Of a stretch of 64,000 nt of DNA, positions 28,601-37,469 are shown piece by piece. Position 1 is the first letter of the stretch; each line of letters opens with the position of its first letter. The DNA is from Chitinispirillaceae bacterium (GTDB lineage Bacteria; Fibrobacterota; Chitinivibrionia; Chitinivibrionales; Chitinispirillaceae). A model generated the notes under the pieces. The model did not search any database. It had not been told where the DNA came from and was given only the letters and a program-made list of their open reading frames with translations. The stretch covers positions 12,176-76,175 of the forward strand of contig JBNLDC010000063.1 of assembly GCA_050304135.1 (NCBI GenBank). The letters are read 5' to 3'. The position numbers and the translations under genes were made by a program.

Positions 28601-30942
28601 ACAATGCGTTCACCGGCGTTCTGCAGTGCAAGGGCTTTTTTATCACGTTTTTCACGCAGACTCAGTTTTTTTGATTCAAAAGCGGAGTACACTTCATCCC
28701 GTTTTCCCGACAGGACAGGAATGTACTCATCAAAATCGGCGAACTTTCCCTCAAGTTCCTCAATCTGCACCATCAGTTTGGTCAGATATTCATCGCATTT
28801 TTCCGGGGTGTCGGCAACATCCAGATAGTTGGTGACCGCCTGATCGATCAACTTGATCTGCGCATTGAACTCAGCGGCCCCTTCGGTACTTTGCAATTCC
28901 TTCATGCGGTTGCGCAGAGCACTCTTTACCTGATTGAGCGTCGAATAAATCGCCGAAATGGATTCAATAATCGCCGTGGACTGCGTCGGATCATCAATCT
29001 TCAGGTTACTGACTATTTCAATGAGGAGTTCCAGGTCACTGGAAGTCTGTCCGATGGCTTTACCGAGGTCCTCACCATCCGAAGATTTATGTACCGATGC
29101 AATACTCGATCGCTGCTGCTGCACCCTTTCATGATAGGGAGCCAACCCTTCAGGCTTGAGTAGAAACGTAATGCACCCTTCGGCAAGTTCGTCTGCTTTC
29201 TCCTTCACCTCTTTTTCCGCAGCGTCGATCTGTCCGAGGTCGACATAACGGAGCTCCCGGCATGAAATGATTTCTCCCCGAATTGCCCTGAGATTCGCCA
29301 GCCCTCCAACGAACACATCAACACTGTCGAACACCGATGCCCGTAATTCACGAAGCAAATCCTGTACTTTTTGATTCACATTCTCTACGGCTGCAAAGGA
29401 AGACTTTCTGAGTCGGGCGACTTTCTCGTATTCCTCCACCGCTGCGGCAGCGGTATTCTGTATACCGGTAATCACTTCACGGATGAAGCAACCTTCGGCC
29501 TTGTCGAGCCAGAAATAACCATCGGCAATTCCGGCCGCCAGTTTGCTGATATCAACAAAGAGGTTGGCGTAACTGTCTTCCTTCTTAATCAGATTGAGTA
29601 CTTCCTGACATTCCGACATGCAGCGTACAATCTCTTTGTTGCCAATTTTGTAAAGTATCGAATCACTTTCGGTGGTCATGGGATAATCGCTGCCGACGAA
29701 CGGTGTTTGCCATATCTGGAGCACATGGCTCTTTTTCGGCTCCTCATCCGCTTTAAAGAGAATAAGCTCACCGTTGTCCAAATGTGAATACCCGTTGCAG
29801 ATGATCGGTGTGTCCACACACTGCGCAATGAGATTGTACGAGAGAACGGCATATATGCCGCTTTCCCTGTTGTAAAACAGATACTGGAAATCCTCACCAT
29901 TGGGGGCACTGATCCGCTGCTCAAAAAGCATGTCAGTGAGTTCGGTATTGAATACCTTGTAGTCTCCCGACTGCAGATAATACCCGTTGGAGAAAATGAT
30001 GCCGTGATCATCGGGCAGAAGGATGCACGCATCGTGGAGCGAATCCATCCGCACCACCTGCTGTGTTTTTTCGTTGAATATCAGATAGCGGAAATCTTTC
30101 TCCTGATACGGACGGATTTTCAGCAGAATGATATTACCGACTGCGGCATAGAGTATTTCCGCGTCATCAAGAGTCTGATCCGGGTTATCCACCGGTTCAC
30201 TGTAAATCCCCTTACCGGTAGCGGTGTTGTCTTCGACTTTGATGGTAAGATCTCCACCGATCGTTTCAACAAATACCCGGTCCTCAATCGAGATATGTGG
30301 AAACTCGCCGGCCCGCTGAAATTCCCGCTGGGTCCGTTTCCATTCGAACTGGTGCTGGTCCGGGAAACGATATTCATGATCGCTGCGATTGTCGACGTAG
30401 TCGAGTCCGTCTTCCTTGACGAGCCATTTGAAAGTCTTTACATCGGTTATACTTTTACCGGTCCTGAACACCATGTAAAGGTAGGGGCCGATAATCGAGA
30501 ACTTAACCAGGACGGTTTTTGTGTAATACTTGTAAAGATCCTGAAAGTCGCGAAGAAACCGCTCATCGGAGAGGAGATCAAGTCCGGTTTCCTGGAACGT
30601 CCGGTTACCGTACTCGTAAACCGCAAACACATCTTCAAGCTCAGTACGTGTCTTCAGTCCAATATGAACATTGTACCCGAAAACAATCCGGTTACCCACC
30701 GGCACCATATCACGGGGGACACAATTATTACGGGTAGTAATCCGTTCACTGCCGAGCAGCGTCGTCTCGATTGAACCGAACACTTCCTTGCGGGCGACGT
30801 TAAGTTTTTCCAACCGCCCCCGCAGGTCGGTCCCCAGTCCGGCAAGCCGTTCCCTTATGATCTCGTAGGTACCGCCTTCAAGCCCTCCGTCAGCAGCAGC
30901 CGCCTCCGGCGCACCGGCGGCGGCCTTTATTTCTTCTGCCAT
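25618..30942 (-). CDS. giant (1774 aa) protein with a C-terminal MoxR/AAA_5-like AAA+ ATPase module; N-terminal ~1250 aa uncharacterised
   Basis: Uninterrupted ORF. GGAGGGG RBS 8 nt upstream of the ATG. Walker A ISPPGYGKTT (about 27075-27110), Walker B VMIYIDDIQH, sensor-1-like VVVMAGNP, and an Arg-containing ANRAD element. Confidence 0.85.
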   Translation of the reverse strand: MAEEIKAAAGAPEAAAADGGLEGGTYEIIRERLAGLGTDLRGRLEKLNVARKEVFGSIETTLLGSERITTRNNCVPRDMVPVGNRIVFGYNVHIGLKTRTELEDVFAVYEYGNRTFQETGLDLLSDERFLRDFQDLYKYYTKTVLVKFSIIGPYLYMVFRTGKSITDVKTFKWLVKEDGLDYVDNRSDHEYRFPDQHQFEWKRTQREFQRAGEFPHISIEDRVFVETIGGDLTIKVEDNTATGKGIYSEPVDNPDQTLDDAEILYAAVGNIILLKIRPYQEKDFRYLIFNEKTQQVVRMDSLHDACILLPDDHGIIFSNGYYLQSGDYKVFNTELTDMLFEQRISAPNGEDFQYLFYNRESGIYAVLSYNLIAQCVDTPIICNGYSHLDNGELILFKADEEPKKSHVLQIWQTPFVGSDYPMTTESDSILYKIGNKEIVRCMSECQEVLNLIKKEDSYANLFVDISKLAAGIADGYFWLDKAEGCFIREVITGIQNTAAAAVEEYEKVARLRKSSFAAVENVNQKVQDLLRELRASVFDSVDVFVGGLANLRAIRGEIISCRELRYVDLGQIDAAEKEVKEKADELAEGCITFLLKPEGLAPYHERVQQQRSSIASVHKSSDGEDLGKAIGQTSSDLELLIEIVSNLKIDDPTQSTAIIESISAIYSTLNQVKSALRNRMKELQSTEGAAEFNAQIKLIDQAVTNYLDVADTPEKCDEYLTKLMVQIEELEGKFADFDEYIPVLSGKRDEVYSAFESKKLSLREKRDKKALALQNAGERIVKGIANRLKTFTDINEINGYFASDLMAGKVRDIIEELFSLGDPVKADDLQSRFKTIREDAVRQLKDKNELFVGGKDVIRMGEHNFSVNTQPLDLTIVRKDDEMFYHLTGTDFMHPVQDARLKDLRQVWEQELPSENGVVYRSEYLAYTMLKASIEGQIEPVATLAAQSVDELTPLVQQFMAPRYQEGYVKGVHDHDAAILLRTLLQLHESLGLLIFRPEERALARIYWQYCDDAGHKELLRARLSGLNEVYAVFNATERMEHYAALTAPAIETFRASLGRFGGADISRASRYLCEEIRRGEQFVISAEAEALVKGFKALLKEKKAEERWGNSLAALADNLVARYDLVHDWIAAYCEETGSQGSGLFPEEAAALLLTDSYHPRQVVSTPVSVHLEGLLGDHPVIEKGTCRFDYIGFSEKIEGFIRDTLPQFDAFRKLKKELTDAFRTTLRLEEFKPRVLTSFVRNQLIDKVYLPLIGDNLAKQIGVVGEKKRTDLMGMLLLISPPGYGKTTLMEYIANRLGIIFMKVNGPAIGHGVTSIDPDDAPNAGAREELKKLNLSFEMGNNVMIYIDDIQHCNPEFLQKFISLCDAQRKIEGVYNGISRTYDLRGKKVVVVMAGNPYTESGEKFKIPDMLANRADTYNLGDMLRQNEEAFKLSYIENAMTSNPVLNRLSSRSRKDIYQLVAVAQTGSRDGLDLESTYSAEELNEIVAVLQKLVEVRDIILRVNMEYIRSAAIADAYRTEPAFKLQGSYRNMNRIAEKVLAVMNSKELTSIILGSYENDAQTLTSGAEANLLKFRELNGYLTPDEQVRWNNIKKTFGKNRLVGQDDKIGQVVLQLSNFSDGLESIRHALDEGIKQSNTHHKVREKRNAGTDFGRLDLSPATQDFLLKAIAHMENALAGNSGSNDRKPVDSPQSYQNDIVSLLQSQMEIMKGWLEPISNTTLQESANVEKLQIAVNRAMWLQRELIKRFLAERKKNKQGTGGLSEQDLLGEER

Positions 30943-30961
30943 TGATCAGCCCCTCCGAAGG

Positions 30962-33040
30962 TTATTTGAGCCCGAGTGCTTCAATCGTTTTTCCGGCAAC
31001 CCCGGAATCCTTCGCCATTTTCAGAAGTTCCTTGAGTGTGGCACGTGATTTTTCATCACTGTTTCCCATTACTTTCCCTATAAGTGCCGATACAGAGAGA
31101 TTTCTAAGGTCTTCCGATGAAAAACTGAACTGATCAAGAAATCCTCTGAGCTGCTTTCTGAAATAATCGGGATCGCCGCTAAAGAAGGTATCCTTGACAT
31201 CGGTAAGCGCGTCGCTGTTGTCGACCAGGCGATCAACTGCCTTGCCCTGCGTAATCGAACCCATGATTTTTTCGAAGAACATTGTCTCGCCGCCCACGAT
31301 ATCGATATGTGCCGATTTAAGGGCCTGCGTGATAACGTCCGCCTGCGCATCCGCAATATCCTTCTGAATGGACACTTTGGCAAGTTCAATCTCCTTGCTC
31401 ATATCCAGACGGAGTTTGAATTCCTCATGATCCTTGCCGACGCCATCGAATTTCTTCATTGCGTCCGCTTTTTCTTCAATGCCCTTCGCCTCGGCGGAGT
31501 ACTTCTTCGCCATTACGGCAGCTTCCGCCTCGCCCTGTTTTTCGAGTGCCGCGGCTTTTGCCTCGACTCCTTTTGCCTCTGCCTCGGCAGTCGATTGCAG
31601 TACCCGGGCCTTCGCAGTGCCATCTTTCTCAATAGCAATCGCCTTTGCTTCCATCACCCGTACTTCGGAGAGCCCCAGTGTCGCCTCCTCCTGAGCTTTA
31701 CCATCTGCGATCGTTTTCATGGCTTCGGCCTCTTTCTCCGATGCCTTGAATTTTGCCTCGGCCTCGATGATCTCTTTCTGACAGAAATGTTCAGCCGCCG
31801 CCTTACTTGCCTCCGCAGCCTTTACTTCCTTCAACAGTGCCTCTTCGGCCATCTTTGCCGCATCGGTTAGGGCCACCTGTTTGATACGGTCGGCATCGGC
31901 ATACGCACGGGTGTCTTTTATCTTCTCTTCTTCAATGACGACTGCCTTTTCCACCATGACCCGCTCCCGGATCACATTCTGAATATTTTTCTTTTCTTCC
32001 TCTATCGCTTTCTGCTTCTCGATCTGTGCAAGTTCAAACACCTTCTCCTTTTCCGTCTGTTCAAGCAGCCGGTCTTTTTCCACCCGTTCGGTTTCAACTG
32101 CGGCAGTTCGTTCCTTTGCTTTCTGGGCAACAATGATCTGCCGGTTTTTGTTCTCGTCGGAAACCGCAACTTCCTCTTCGGTAATAATACGGGCCCGTTC
32201 CGCCTTGAGCCGCTCCTCCTGAGCAACCTTGGCCGACTCTGCTTCCTCACGTGACTTTATAACAGTGATTTCTCTTTTCTGTTTCTCCTCCGCCTCAGCC
32301 TGCTGTTTCTGCAGCTCAAGTATCGCTTCACGCGCTTCCACATCCTGTTTGACGATTGTTTTTTCCTTATCCCGCTGGATCTGATTCGACAGAATGCGCT
32401 CCCGCGCCGTTATCTCGGTAATCTTCTTGATACCTTCAGAGTCGAGTATATTGTCGGGATTCATGGTGTCGAGTGACGTCTGTTCCAGATAATCGATCGC
32501 CGCATCATCAAGCACATACCCATTGAGATCGGTACCGATTACCTGAAGGATTTCACTCTTGAAATGATCCCGCTCGGTATAGAGATTGACGAAATCGAAC
32601 CGCTTTCCCACCGTCTTGAGCGCCTCGGAAAATTTTGCATCAAAAAACTCCCGCAGACTTGCCGTTTCTGAAGCCTTCTCCACTCCCAGTGACTGTGCGA
32701 CTTTCAGCACATCTTCCGGCGTCTGATTGACACGAACGAAAAATGCCACCCGGATATCAGCCCGGATATTGTCCTGGCAGATCAACCCATCTTTTCCCGA
32801 GCGATCTATTTCGACCCGCTTAACCGAGATATCAATTTTTTCCGCATGATGCAGGATCGGGATAATGAACAACCCACTGAACGAAACCCTCGGCCCCCCA
32901 GCGCCGTTTTTTATTATCGCGCTTCCCTGTTTTACCTTTTTATAGAATATTGAATAGAAAAACAGAAATCCCAGTACAAACAGAACCAGCGCGCCAATTC
33001 CAGCAAGTGCCACCGACGGCCAGAAACCCAGGTCAATCAT
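30962..33040 (-). CDS. flotillin/SPFH (band 7) family membrane protein, YqiK-like, with a long EA-rich coiled-coil region
   Basis: 692 aa. N-terminal TM helix then the SPFH core (ISVKRVEIDRSGKDGLICQDNIRADIRVAFFVRV…), followed by an extended charged coiled coil. TAA-ATG junction with the upstream gene. Confidence 0.85.
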   Translation of the reverse strand: MIDLGFWPSVALAGIGALVLFVLGFLFFYSIFYKKVKQGSAIIKNGAGGPRVSFSGLFIIPILHHAEKIDISVKRVEIDRSGKDGLICQDNIRADIRVAFFVRVNQTPEDVLKVAQSLGVEKASETASLREFFDAKFSEALKTVGKRFDFVNLYTERDHFKSEILQVIGTDLNGYVLDDAAIDYLEQTSLDTMNPDNILDSEGIKKITEITARERILSNQIQRDKEKTIVKQDVEAREAILELQKQQAEAEEKQKREITVIKSREEAESAKVAQEERLKAERARIITEEEVAVSDENKNRQIIVAQKAKERTAAVETERVEKDRLLEQTEKEKVFELAQIEKQKAIEEEKKNIQNVIRERVMVEKAVVIEEEKIKDTRAYADADRIKQVALTDAAKMAEEALLKEVKAAEASKAAAEHFCQKEIIEAEAKFKASEKEAEAMKTIADGKAQEEATLGLSEVRVMEAKAIAIEKDGTAKARVLQSTAEAEAKGVEAKAAALEKQGEAEAAVMAKKYSAEAKGIEEKADAMKKFDGVGKDHEEFKLRLDMSKEIELAKVSIQKDIADAQADVITQALKSAHIDIVGGETMFFEKIMGSITQGKAVDRLVDNSDALTDVKDTFFSGDPDYFRKQLRGFLDQFSFSSEDLRNLSVSALIGKVMGNSDEKSRATLKELLKMAKDSGVAGKTIEALGLK

Positions 33041-33727
33041 TTATGCCTCCCAGTCATTAAAAGGTTCAACGATATAGAAATTTTTCTCTTTGTCTTTTTC
33101 GATAACAAGCGCAGTCTGTCCTTTACTCATTGAACAGCCTGGTCGCGTTTTCACATTAATGATCAACGGAGCGCCCTCTGTTTTCACCTCGCCCTGACCA
33201 AGGCGGTCGGGGGACAGATCACCGAGCAGACGGCAGATCTCTCCGACCGTTTTACGGGTGGACAGGTCTTTACTTTTTTTAAGCAGCCCCTTGAGTGGGG
33301 CAGTTATGAATTTAGTCGCAAAGAGTGTAATAACCACATTGGCGGAAATAATACCAAGGGCAATAACCGTCGGCAGATTTCCACCGGCAAGGTAGGTACA
33401 CGACACCGTACCGAGCCAGGTGAGCAATACCCAGATACTTAAAAAAAGCATCAGCGGCATATCCGCAAGATTGAAAAATATCAGCGCCGCATGAAAAGGG
33501 CCCCCACCAATGTCCCCTCCCGCATCACCGACGTCTACATCGGTGTCAGGCGATACATCGAGATCCAGATTCAAGAAATCAAGATCAACCGCACCGGCAA
33601 TGACCGAAATCCAGTACAGACAGATAACCGCCAGAAGCATCGAAGGCAGAACATTCGGTCCTGCTATCGCAATGTGCCATAACTCTGCCATGGTTACTCC
33701 CTGATCGTTAAGTAACAGAAACCACAA
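33041..33727 (-). CDS. NfeD/YqiJ-like membrane protein (flotillin partner) with a C-terminal OB-fold-like segment
   Basis: 228 aa. Multi-TM N-terminal half, an acidic loop (DVDVGDAGGDIGGG), and a C-terminal beta-rich segment (GQGEVKTEGAPLIINV…GQTALVIE). Its stop sits directly at the flotillin start. Confidence 0.6.
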   Translation of the reverse strand: MWFLLLNDQGVTMAELWHIAIAGPNVLPSMLLAVICLYWISVIAGAVDLDFLNLDLDVSPDTDVDVGDAGGDIGGGPFHAALIFFNLADMPLMLFLSIWVLLTWLGTVSCTYLAGGNLPTVIALGIISANVVITLFATKFITAPLKGLLKKSKDLSTRKTVGEICRLLGDLSPDRLGQGEVKTEGAPLIINVKTRPGCSMSKGQTALVIEKDKEKNFYIVEPFNDWEA

Positions 33728-34156
33728 TCACTTCTTCGCTCAATCTGAAACGGTGATTGCACGCCTGAATCAATATGGTAAATTTGATGGTGAATCAGTC
33801 CAGCAGCAGTGAAACATTTGCAGGAACCCCTGCGCTTTCCGTTGCAACCCCGGAACGGCCTGTCAGTATCTCATTAATATGTATTATTCGGTTTTTGCCG
33901 CGCAATCATTAACAGCATTTCAATTTACCGCGAATCCCGTAGGATTTCTCCCGTTCTCCCCTTTGTATGGGAGTGATTGCCTGAAAGTAATTTTTTGCAG
34001 ATCAATCTCCGTATATTCTGGCAAATCCGATGTATCCAACTGCATTTTACAAAAAGCAGTCTGTACGATGGTGGCAGTCAGACTATGCCGTCGTAAGTAA
34101 TTGCGACCACTATTACCCGTCTGATCACCTGCTACTCTAACCGCTTCGGAGGATGT

Positions 34157-34686
34157 ATGCTTGAAGACGTCCGGATTAACTGTACCGATAAAAAAGAGCT
34201 TAATGAGTTTCTGATTGATCACGGATTTACCATTGAAGAACTCGTGGGGGAAGTACTGAGCGTTCACCGCCCCGGAGAACTCCCGGTATTTATCAGCCGA
34301 TTGAAATCCAGCCTTTTTTTTAAAGTTGATCTTGGTGCGGTCAGCGCGATTACCGATCCGGACATTTATCGGCAGATATTACTGCTCAATACCGAGCGGC
34401 TTCCGGTGAATCATCATTTTCTACCGATTATACCCACGATCCCTCTGAATCCACCACTACTGACACCTCCGCTCTCCCGCAGCAGGTGCTGGATGATCTT
34501 GCAGTTTTCAGCATCACTCCCTCCGGATCACTGCGCGAAGTTGTCCAGGCACGCAACAGTGTTATGAAGCTGTACCATCCCGATAAATTCATGTCGGATT
34601 CCAGCAAGACCTCCACAGCAAATAAAATCGCTCAGACCTATAATGCCGCCTTTGAACGGCTACGACAACACTACACACCGAATTGA
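34157..34686 (+). CDS. protein with a C-terminal DnaJ-type J domain; reading frame apparently interrupted (frameshift, pseudogene or sequencing error)
   Basis: Frame A (34157-34410) encodes a globular N-terminal domain. Frame B (from about 34330) encodes a S/T-rich linker plus a J domain carrying the HPD motif (VMKLYHPDKF…IAQTYNAAFERLRQ). Frame A degenerates into P/L-rich junk after about 34410. Confidence 0.45.
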
Positions 34687-34799
34687 TTTTATTCACCGCC
34701 AATAACAATGTAGTAAAAAAACCTGAAGCGATTTGATCCGACACTGCGAAAGCACTTTTTCTCTTGCTTTTCTCTTCAGCATATTTTATAATTACTGTA

Positions 34800-35411
34800 A
34801 TGAATACAGTATTACTTAAAGATCTCATTCCGAAAATCGGGCAAGTCCTCAAGATCTACCGGGAAAAAACCGGAAATAATCAGGGGGACATCGCGCAGAA
34901 AGCCGGTATATCGGTGAGTATGCTCAGTCAGATCGAGCGGGGTATTGTTGCCCCTTCGTTGGAAACGCTGATAACCGTCTGTTCAGTGCTGGATATCGAC
35001 CCCTCCGACCTGTTCAAACAAATCGGAACCGCGGCTCCGGTCCGTATCCACCATAAAGGGGAACGGCTGCGGAACGATCTCGGAGGCGTACGGTACGAAC
35101 AGCTCATGACCAGTCTCCACCCGATGTATCAGGCGGAAATGTTCCTGATCGAGGTAGCGCTCGGTAAAAGCAGTGCTTTCAGCGGCGGCGGCCACGAGGG
35201 AGCGGAAATGGGGTATGTACTTGCGGGAAACGCGGTCCTGACGGTTGACACGGAAACCTTTCCGATCCGGGAAGGCGACAGCATTTACTTCAATGCACAG
35301 CTGCCGCATCAGGTGACGAACACCGGAAGTGAAATGTTCCGCGCGGTCTGGAGCATCGCTCCGCCCCATGTCGATTTTCTGGGAATTCAGCGGACAGGAT
35401 CAAAAAAATAG
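34800..35411 (+). CDS. XRE-family HTH transcriptional regulator with a C-terminal cupin domain
   Basis: HTH (QGDIAQKAGISVSMLSQIERG) and a cupin-like C-terminus (…YVLAGNAVLTVDTETFPIREGDSIYF…). Start set at MNTVLLKD. Confidence 0.75.
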   Translation: MNTVLLKDLIPKIGQVLKIYREKTGNNQGDIAQKAGISVSMLSQIERGIVAPSLETLITVCSVLDIDPSDLFKQIGTAAPVRIHHKGERLRNDLGGVRYEQLMTSLHPMYQAEMFLIEVALGKSSAFSGGGHEGAEMGYVLAGNAVLTVDTETFPIREGDSIYFNAQLPHQVTNTGSEMFRAVWSIAPPHVDFLGIQRTGSKK

Positions 35412-35446
35412 AATGAATCGCCGTCTCATGCTGCAATGAGCGGTTT

Positions 35447-36748
35447 ATGAAAGGAGCCCGTATGGGAAAAACAATTACCGAAAAAATCTTCGCATCGCAT
35501 CTGCGCGATGAGCCGTTCGAAGGAACAAAAGTGCTCTCGCTCGATGTGGTCATGTGTCACGAAATCACCACACCGATCGCCATCACCGATCTGCAGTGGC
35601 GAAAAAAAGATCGTGTCTTCGACCCGGAAAAAATCAAGGCGGTTATCGATCACGTAACCCCCGCCAAGGATTCGAAAAGCGCAATGCAGGCGAAGGTCAT
35701 GCGCGAATGGGCAGCCCGGCACAAGCTTCCCCATTTTTTTGATGTGGGACAAAACGGTGTCTGTCATGCACTCTTTCCGGAAAAAGGATTTATCCGCCCC
35801 GGCTATACGGTGATCATGGGCGACAGCCACACCTGTACCCATGGGGCGTTCGGAGCGTTTGCCGCCGGTGTGGGAACCACCGACCTTGAGGTCGGTATTC
35901 TCAAAGGAGTCTGTGCCTTCCGTCAGCCGAAAAGCGTACGGATCAACCTCACCGGAACAATGAATCCGGGCGTATTCGCCAAGGATGTCATTCTCACGAT
36001 CATAAAAACGCTGACCGTTAACGGTGCGACCGATCATGTGATCGAATTCCGCGGAAGTGCAGTCGAGGCGATGTCGATGGAGGAGCGGATGACGCTCAGT
36101 AACATGGCGATTGAAGCAGGTGGTACTTCGGGAGTCTGCCTCCCCGACGCAGTGACGGTTGATTATCTCTGGCCGTTTATTTCGGCGGAGTATACATCCA
36201 GAGAGGCGGCGCTCGAGGAATTCAAAAAATGGCATAGTGATCCTGATGCCGAGTATGCGAAAACTATCGATATCGACGTAAGCACGGTTGAGCCGTCGGC
36301 TACCTTCGGGTACAAACCGGATCAGGTGAAAACGCTCGCCGAAATGACCGATATGAAAATCGACCAGGTCTATATCGGTAGCTGCACCAACGGCCGGATC
36401 AGTGATCTCCGTGCAGCGGCGGCGGTCGCCAAAGGCACCAGGCTCGCACCCGGTGTACGCGGCATTGTGGTTCCGGCAACCCCGGCAATCTACCGCCAGG
36501 CTATGGACGAGGGACTGCTCGCGGTGTTCATGGACGCCGGGTACTGCGTTACCAACCCGACCTGCGGAGCGTGCCTCGGGATGTCAACCGGGGTACTCGC
36601 CGAAGGAGAGGCGTGCGCCTCGACAACCAACCGGAACTTCAACGGCCGAATGGGAAAAGGCGGTATGGTGCATCTGATGAGCCCCGCAAGTGCCGCGGCC
36701 AGCGGGATCACGGGGCATCTGACCGACCCGCGAAAAATTGCGGTGTAG
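35447..36748 (+). CDS. leuC: 3-isopropylmalate dehydratase / homoaconitase large subunit (aconitase family, LeuC type 2)
   Basis: 433 aa, with aconitase-family Cys ligand blocks (…GSCTNGR…, …NPTCGACLG…). Confidence 0.85.
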   Translation: MKGARMGKTITEKIFASHLRDEPFEGTKVLSLDVVMCHEITTPIAITDLQWRKKDRVFDPEKIKAVIDHVTPAKDSKSAMQAKVMREWAARHKLPHFFDVGQNGVCHALFPEKGFIRPGYTVIMGDSHTCTHGAFGAFAAGVGTTDLEVGILKGVCAFRQPKSVRINLTGTMNPGVFAKDVILTIIKTLTVNGATDHVIEFRGSAVEAMSMEERMTLSNMAIEAGGTSGVCLPDAVTVDYLWPFISAEYTSREAALEEFKKWHSDPDAEYAKTIDIDVSTVEPSATFGYKPDQVKTLAEMTDMKIDQVYIGSCTNGRISDLRAAAAVAKGTRLAPGVRGIVVPATPAIYRQAMDEGLLAVFMDAGYCVTNPTCGACLGMSTGVLAEGEACASTTNRNFNGRMGKGGMVHLMSPASAAASGITGHLTDPRKIAV

Positions 36749-36809
36749 AGAACACAATAATCGATGTACGAACGCACGACTGTGCGTCCCAACAATTTTG
36801 AAAGGAAAT

Positions 36810-37340
36810 GATATGAAAACATTCGGCGGCCCGGTACTGTTTCTTGACCGGTCGGATATCAATACCGACGAAATCATCCCGGCGAAATACCTCACCGAAA
36901 TGGATAAAGACGCACTCGGTCCTCATCTGCTCGAAGACCTCAAACTCGACGGGTTCGATCCGCAGGGAGCGTGGCGCGGCGAGGCACGGGTAGTTCTTTC
37001 ACGCGAAAATTTCGGCTGTGGATCATCGCGGGAACATGCGCCGTGGGCATTTGAAGTCAATGCGATCACCTGTATTATCGCGCAGAATTACGCCCGCATT
37101 TTCAGGCAGAACATGTTCAATGGCGGGATGCTCGCGATCGAACTCGACCCCGAAACAATCGATGAGCTCTTCGCGCTTGAGAAACTTAGTGCGGTCAGCT
37201 GTGCAATCGATGTTACGGAAAAGAAACTCACCTTCAGCTGGGATAGCGGCAGCAAAACCGTGCCGTTTACTCTTGCAGAATTTGACGAGGCGCTGGTGCT
37301 CTCCGGCGGCTGGGTGGAGTTCGCCGACGCGAAGTACTGA
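36810..37340 (+). CDS. leuD: 3-isopropylmalate dehydratase small subunit (LeuD type 2)
   Basis: Start set at MKTFGGPVLFLDRSDINTDEIIPAKYL. Typical short LeuD/aconitase swivel domain. Confidence 0.8.
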   Translation, partial: DMKTFGGPVLFLDRSDINTDEIIPAKYLTEMDKDALGPHLLEDLKLDGFDPQGAWRGEARVVLSRENFGCGSSREHAPWAFEVNAITCIIAQNYARIFRQNMFNGGMLAIELDPETIDELFALEKLSAVSCAIDVTEKKLTFSWDSGSKTVPFTLAEFDEALVLSGGWVEFADAKY

Positions 37341-37390
37341 TCGCGATCGCAGTACCGGAAAATTTGCACGGTGCTGAGTCATTATGTTTA

Positions 37391-37427
37391 AAAAGGGATC
37401 CGGAAGACAGGCTTCCGGATCCCTTTT
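37391..37427. terminator. bidirectional rho-independent terminator between convergent leuD and the GH116 gene
   Basis: AAGGGATCCGGAAG-ACAGG-CTTCCGGATCCCTT: 14-bp perfect stem flanked by A-run and T-run. Confidence 0.75.
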
Positions 37428-37469
37428 AGTAGTTCAGCATATACGCATCCGCGCGTGCAGTCACTCCGC

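Noticed and set aside
30004-30774. 256-aa plus-strand ORF, along with 26833..27510 and 29371..29787, inside the giant ATPase gene
   Set aside because: Antisense shadows of a 5.3-kb uninterrupted ORF with clear AAA+ motifs.
35426-36235. 269-aa minus-strand ORF overlapping leuC
   Set aside because: Antisense to leuC, whose aconitase-family motifs are unambiguous.
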